Origin: Squalus acanthias
Lineage: Eukaryota
Length of the DNA: 64,000 nucleotides
NCBI GenBank assembly: GCA_030390025.1
Contig: CM059425.1
Coordinates: forward strand, 178,438,001 to 178,502,000
Direction: 5' to 3'
A model generated the notes under the pieces. That model saw only the letters and a list, made by a program, of their open reading frames with translations, did not search any database and had not been told where the DNA came from. A program made the translations under genes and the position numbers. Each line of letters starts with the position of its first letter. Positions within the stretch are counted from its first letter, which is position 1. Positions 61,191-64,000 of this stretch are shown one piece after another.

Positions 61191-62224
61191 TAATTTCATT
61201 TTGAAAATATGGAAATATGGAAAGAGTTAATCTGGGATTATGTTAATTAGTATACCAAAGTGTTTATATATTCCAACCCTTGTTACAGTTCTAACTCATG
61301 TGAAAAGTATTTTTTTCTCCATAATGTCCCTCATGGTCGACTATTAACTTGGTTATGTATCTTGCTGCACTTATGTAAGTGAGAATACAGACAAGTCACA
61401 AAAGAGCAGGCAGATACAATTACAGTCTGTTGGCCAGTCTGAGACATTTCTAAGATATTAGTAATGCTGGAAAACAAAAATAAGTATTAGAACATTCATT
61501 ACAGGTGCCGTGTCGACCAATGAACTTTTGCCAGAGTCTGCACTATTCCCAAATGCGGAATGGCAAATCAACAGGTGTGGTAATCAATATCCCTTACACA
61601 GTAGACATGAAGCAGATGGAGAAAGCATTCAAAATATGTATAATTGTCAGTAGTAAACTGGCCCCAAAAGGTTGTGACACTAAAAATGTGCACTCTACTG
61701 GAGTCATTTTAGTGACAAGTTTCCAAACGCCAATTCACACTGTTGAACGTAAAGCAATGTTTGAACGGTAAATGTTGGGATGAAATTGGATCAGAATCAC
61801 CAGGAACAGGGTAGTTAGTGTGGGAGGCTTATCTGAAGAGCTGTTGTACTGACTTCCATTCCACTAGATCAGGTAACTCTGATTAATGTGAAACCAGCCT
61901 GTCTGTGAAACAGAAAACCCGTTTGAGTATACTGCGTAGGAGTAGGAAAACAGAATTCAAGCCAAGCTGAAGAGACCATGTGCTGGAGCTGCTTCCAGGT
62001 ATTAAGACTCAACAGCTGGCAAACCAATGAGATTAAAAAGATTGTCTGCTGCTCTCTTGATATGAAGATGACATTGACTGCAGATGTCTTTTCCTGAGGT
62101 AATCTTGGAAAATTAAACCAGCAATGGTAATTGAATTGCCATGGCTTCACTCCAGGTAACTCTGCAACATTACTATGCTTCTGTATGGTTAGATTCTGCA
62201 GTTTGAGCTTCACAGAGTGCAGTA

Positions 62225-62505
62225 ATCATAGAATCATAGACGTTTACAGCACAGAAGGAGGCTATTCGGCCCATCGTGTCTGTGCCGGCCGAAAAAGAGC
62301 TATCCAGCCTAATCCCACTTTCCAGCTCTTGGTCTGTAGCCTTGTAGGTTACGGCACTTCAAGTGCATATCCGAGTAATTTTTAAATGTAGTGAGGGTTT
62401 CTGCCTCTACCAACCTTTCAGGCCCCCACCACCCTCTGGGTGAAAAGATTTCTCCTCAACTCCCCTCTAATTTGTCGACCAATTACCTTACAACTATGCC
62501 CCCTG
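62225..62505 (-). mobile_element. CR1 LINE 3' end fragment
   Basis: atcatagaatcataga tail and CR1 3' sequence. Confidence 0.75.
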
Positions 62506-62812
62506 GTTAAGTTTGCATGCTGACATTTTCTGTTGCTAGGAGACATGTGCTACAGATCAAAGGCAAAGCTAAGCATTGCACTGGGTCAATAATGCACCAG
62601 CAGAAGCTCTGCACCATAGTCCCTGCTCCCCCCTGGCAATAACTTCCTATATCCATGCTAGTCTCATTATGACGAACAGATGCTTCGCCAGGTGCTGTTC
62701 TCAAGTAATGCAAGAAGAAAAGGGGCATACTGGACAGTTTATTTTCCCTTCCACCTGACCTGGCAAAATCCCCTCTCTGGAAAGTCTGAATCAGTTATTA
62801 TTTGAGATGAGG

Positions 62813-64000
62813 GTCATAGAAACATAGAAACATAGAAGATAGGAGCAGTAGGCCATTTGGCTCCTCGAGCCTGCTCCGCCATTCAATGCGATCATGGCTG
62901 ATCATCCAAATTCAGTACCCTGTCCCTGCTTTCTCCCCATATCCCTTGATCCCCTTAGCCTTAAGAAATATATCGAACTCCTTCTTGAATATATTTAATG
63001 AATTGGACTCAACTGCCTTCTGTGGTAGAGAATTCCACAGGTTCACCACTCTCTGGGTGAAGAAATTCCTCCTCATCTCAGTCCTAAATGGCTTACCCCT
63101 TATCCTTAGACTGTGACCCCTGGTTCTGGACTCCCCCACCATCGGGAACATCCTTCCTGCATCTAGTCTGTCTAGTCCTGTTAGAATTTTATAAGTTTCA
63201 ATGAGATCCCCTCTTATTCTTCTAAACTCTAGCGAATACAAGCCCAATCGACCCAATCTCTCTTCATACGTCATTCCTGCCATCCCAGGTATCAGTCTGG
63301 TGAATCTTCGCTGCACTCTCTCCATGGCAAAAACATCCTTCCTCAGATAAGGTGACCAAAACTGCACATAATACTCAAGGTGTGGTCTCACCAAGGCCCT
63401 GTACAACTGCAGCAAAACATTCTTGCTCCTGTACTCGAATCCTCTCGCTATGAAGGCCAACATACCATTTGCCTTCTTAACCGCCTGCTGCACCTGCATG
63501 CTTACCTTCAGCAACTGGTGCACAAGGACACCCAAGTCTCATTGCACTTCCCCTTTTCCCAATCTATTGCCGTTCAGATAATAATCTGTCTTCCTGTTTT
63601 TGCCACCAAAGTGGATAACCTCGCATTTATCCACATTATACTGCATCTGCCATGCATCTGCCCAATCACCCAACCTGTCCAAATCATACTGGAGTTTCTC
63701 TGCATCCTCCTCACAGCACACACGCCCACCCAGCTTTGTGTCGTTTGCAAACTTGGAGATATTACACCTAGTTCCCTCGTCTAGATCATTAATATATATT
63801 GTGAATAACTGGGGTCCAAGCACCGATCCCTGCGGTACCCCACTAGTCACTGCCTGCCACTCGGAAAAAGACCTGTTTATTCCAACTCTTTGCTTCCTGT
63901 CTGCCAACCAGTTTTCTATCCAAGACAGTACCTTACCCCCAATCCCGTGTGCTTTAACTTTGCACGCTAATCTCTTATGCGGGACCTTATCGAAAGCCTT
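62813..64000 (-). mobile_element. CR1 LINE ORF2/3'UTR, running off the window edge
   Basis: ORFs 63539-63907 and 62912-63535 with GVPQGSVLGPQLF, FANDTKLG and RPHLEYYVQFWSP; (catagaaa)n tail. Confidence 0.95.

Noticed and set aside
59296..64000. Next upstream SEMA6A exon (expected ...CHNFIKVL...CGTNAFNP...)
   Set aside because: Not found by eye in this interval; presumably beyond the window edge.

Overview
Eukaryotic vertebrate DNA, most likely from a cartilaginous fish (shark-type SINE/LINE content; inferred). The window holds the 3' part of a semaphorin-6A (SEMA6A) gene on the minus strand. Thirteen phase-consistent coding exons run from 59295 down to the stop at 18687, followed by a ~2.6 kb 3'UTR with a candidate AATAAA at 16061-16066. 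The 5' exons lie beyond the right edge. The rest is rich in transposons: CR1/L2-type LINE fragments, HE1-like and DeuSINE-like SINEs, several Harbinger-type elements and a Tigger-like MITE. Main points of interest: (1) a hAT-type element (4385-5597, TIRs plus 8-bp TSD) whose interior looks like captured host DNA, including a first-exon/signal-peptide-like piece (Pack-type transposon); (2) Penelope-like insertions forming palindromes and carrying minimal hammerhead ribozyme motifs, one of them sense to the SEMA6A pre-mRNA; (3) a Harbinger element with an intact three-exon Myb/SANT gene but an apparently internally deleted transposase; (4) candidate cassette exons and microexons in the SEMA6A stalk region, one of which would give a soluble isoform. 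All calls were made by eye; no database searches were run.
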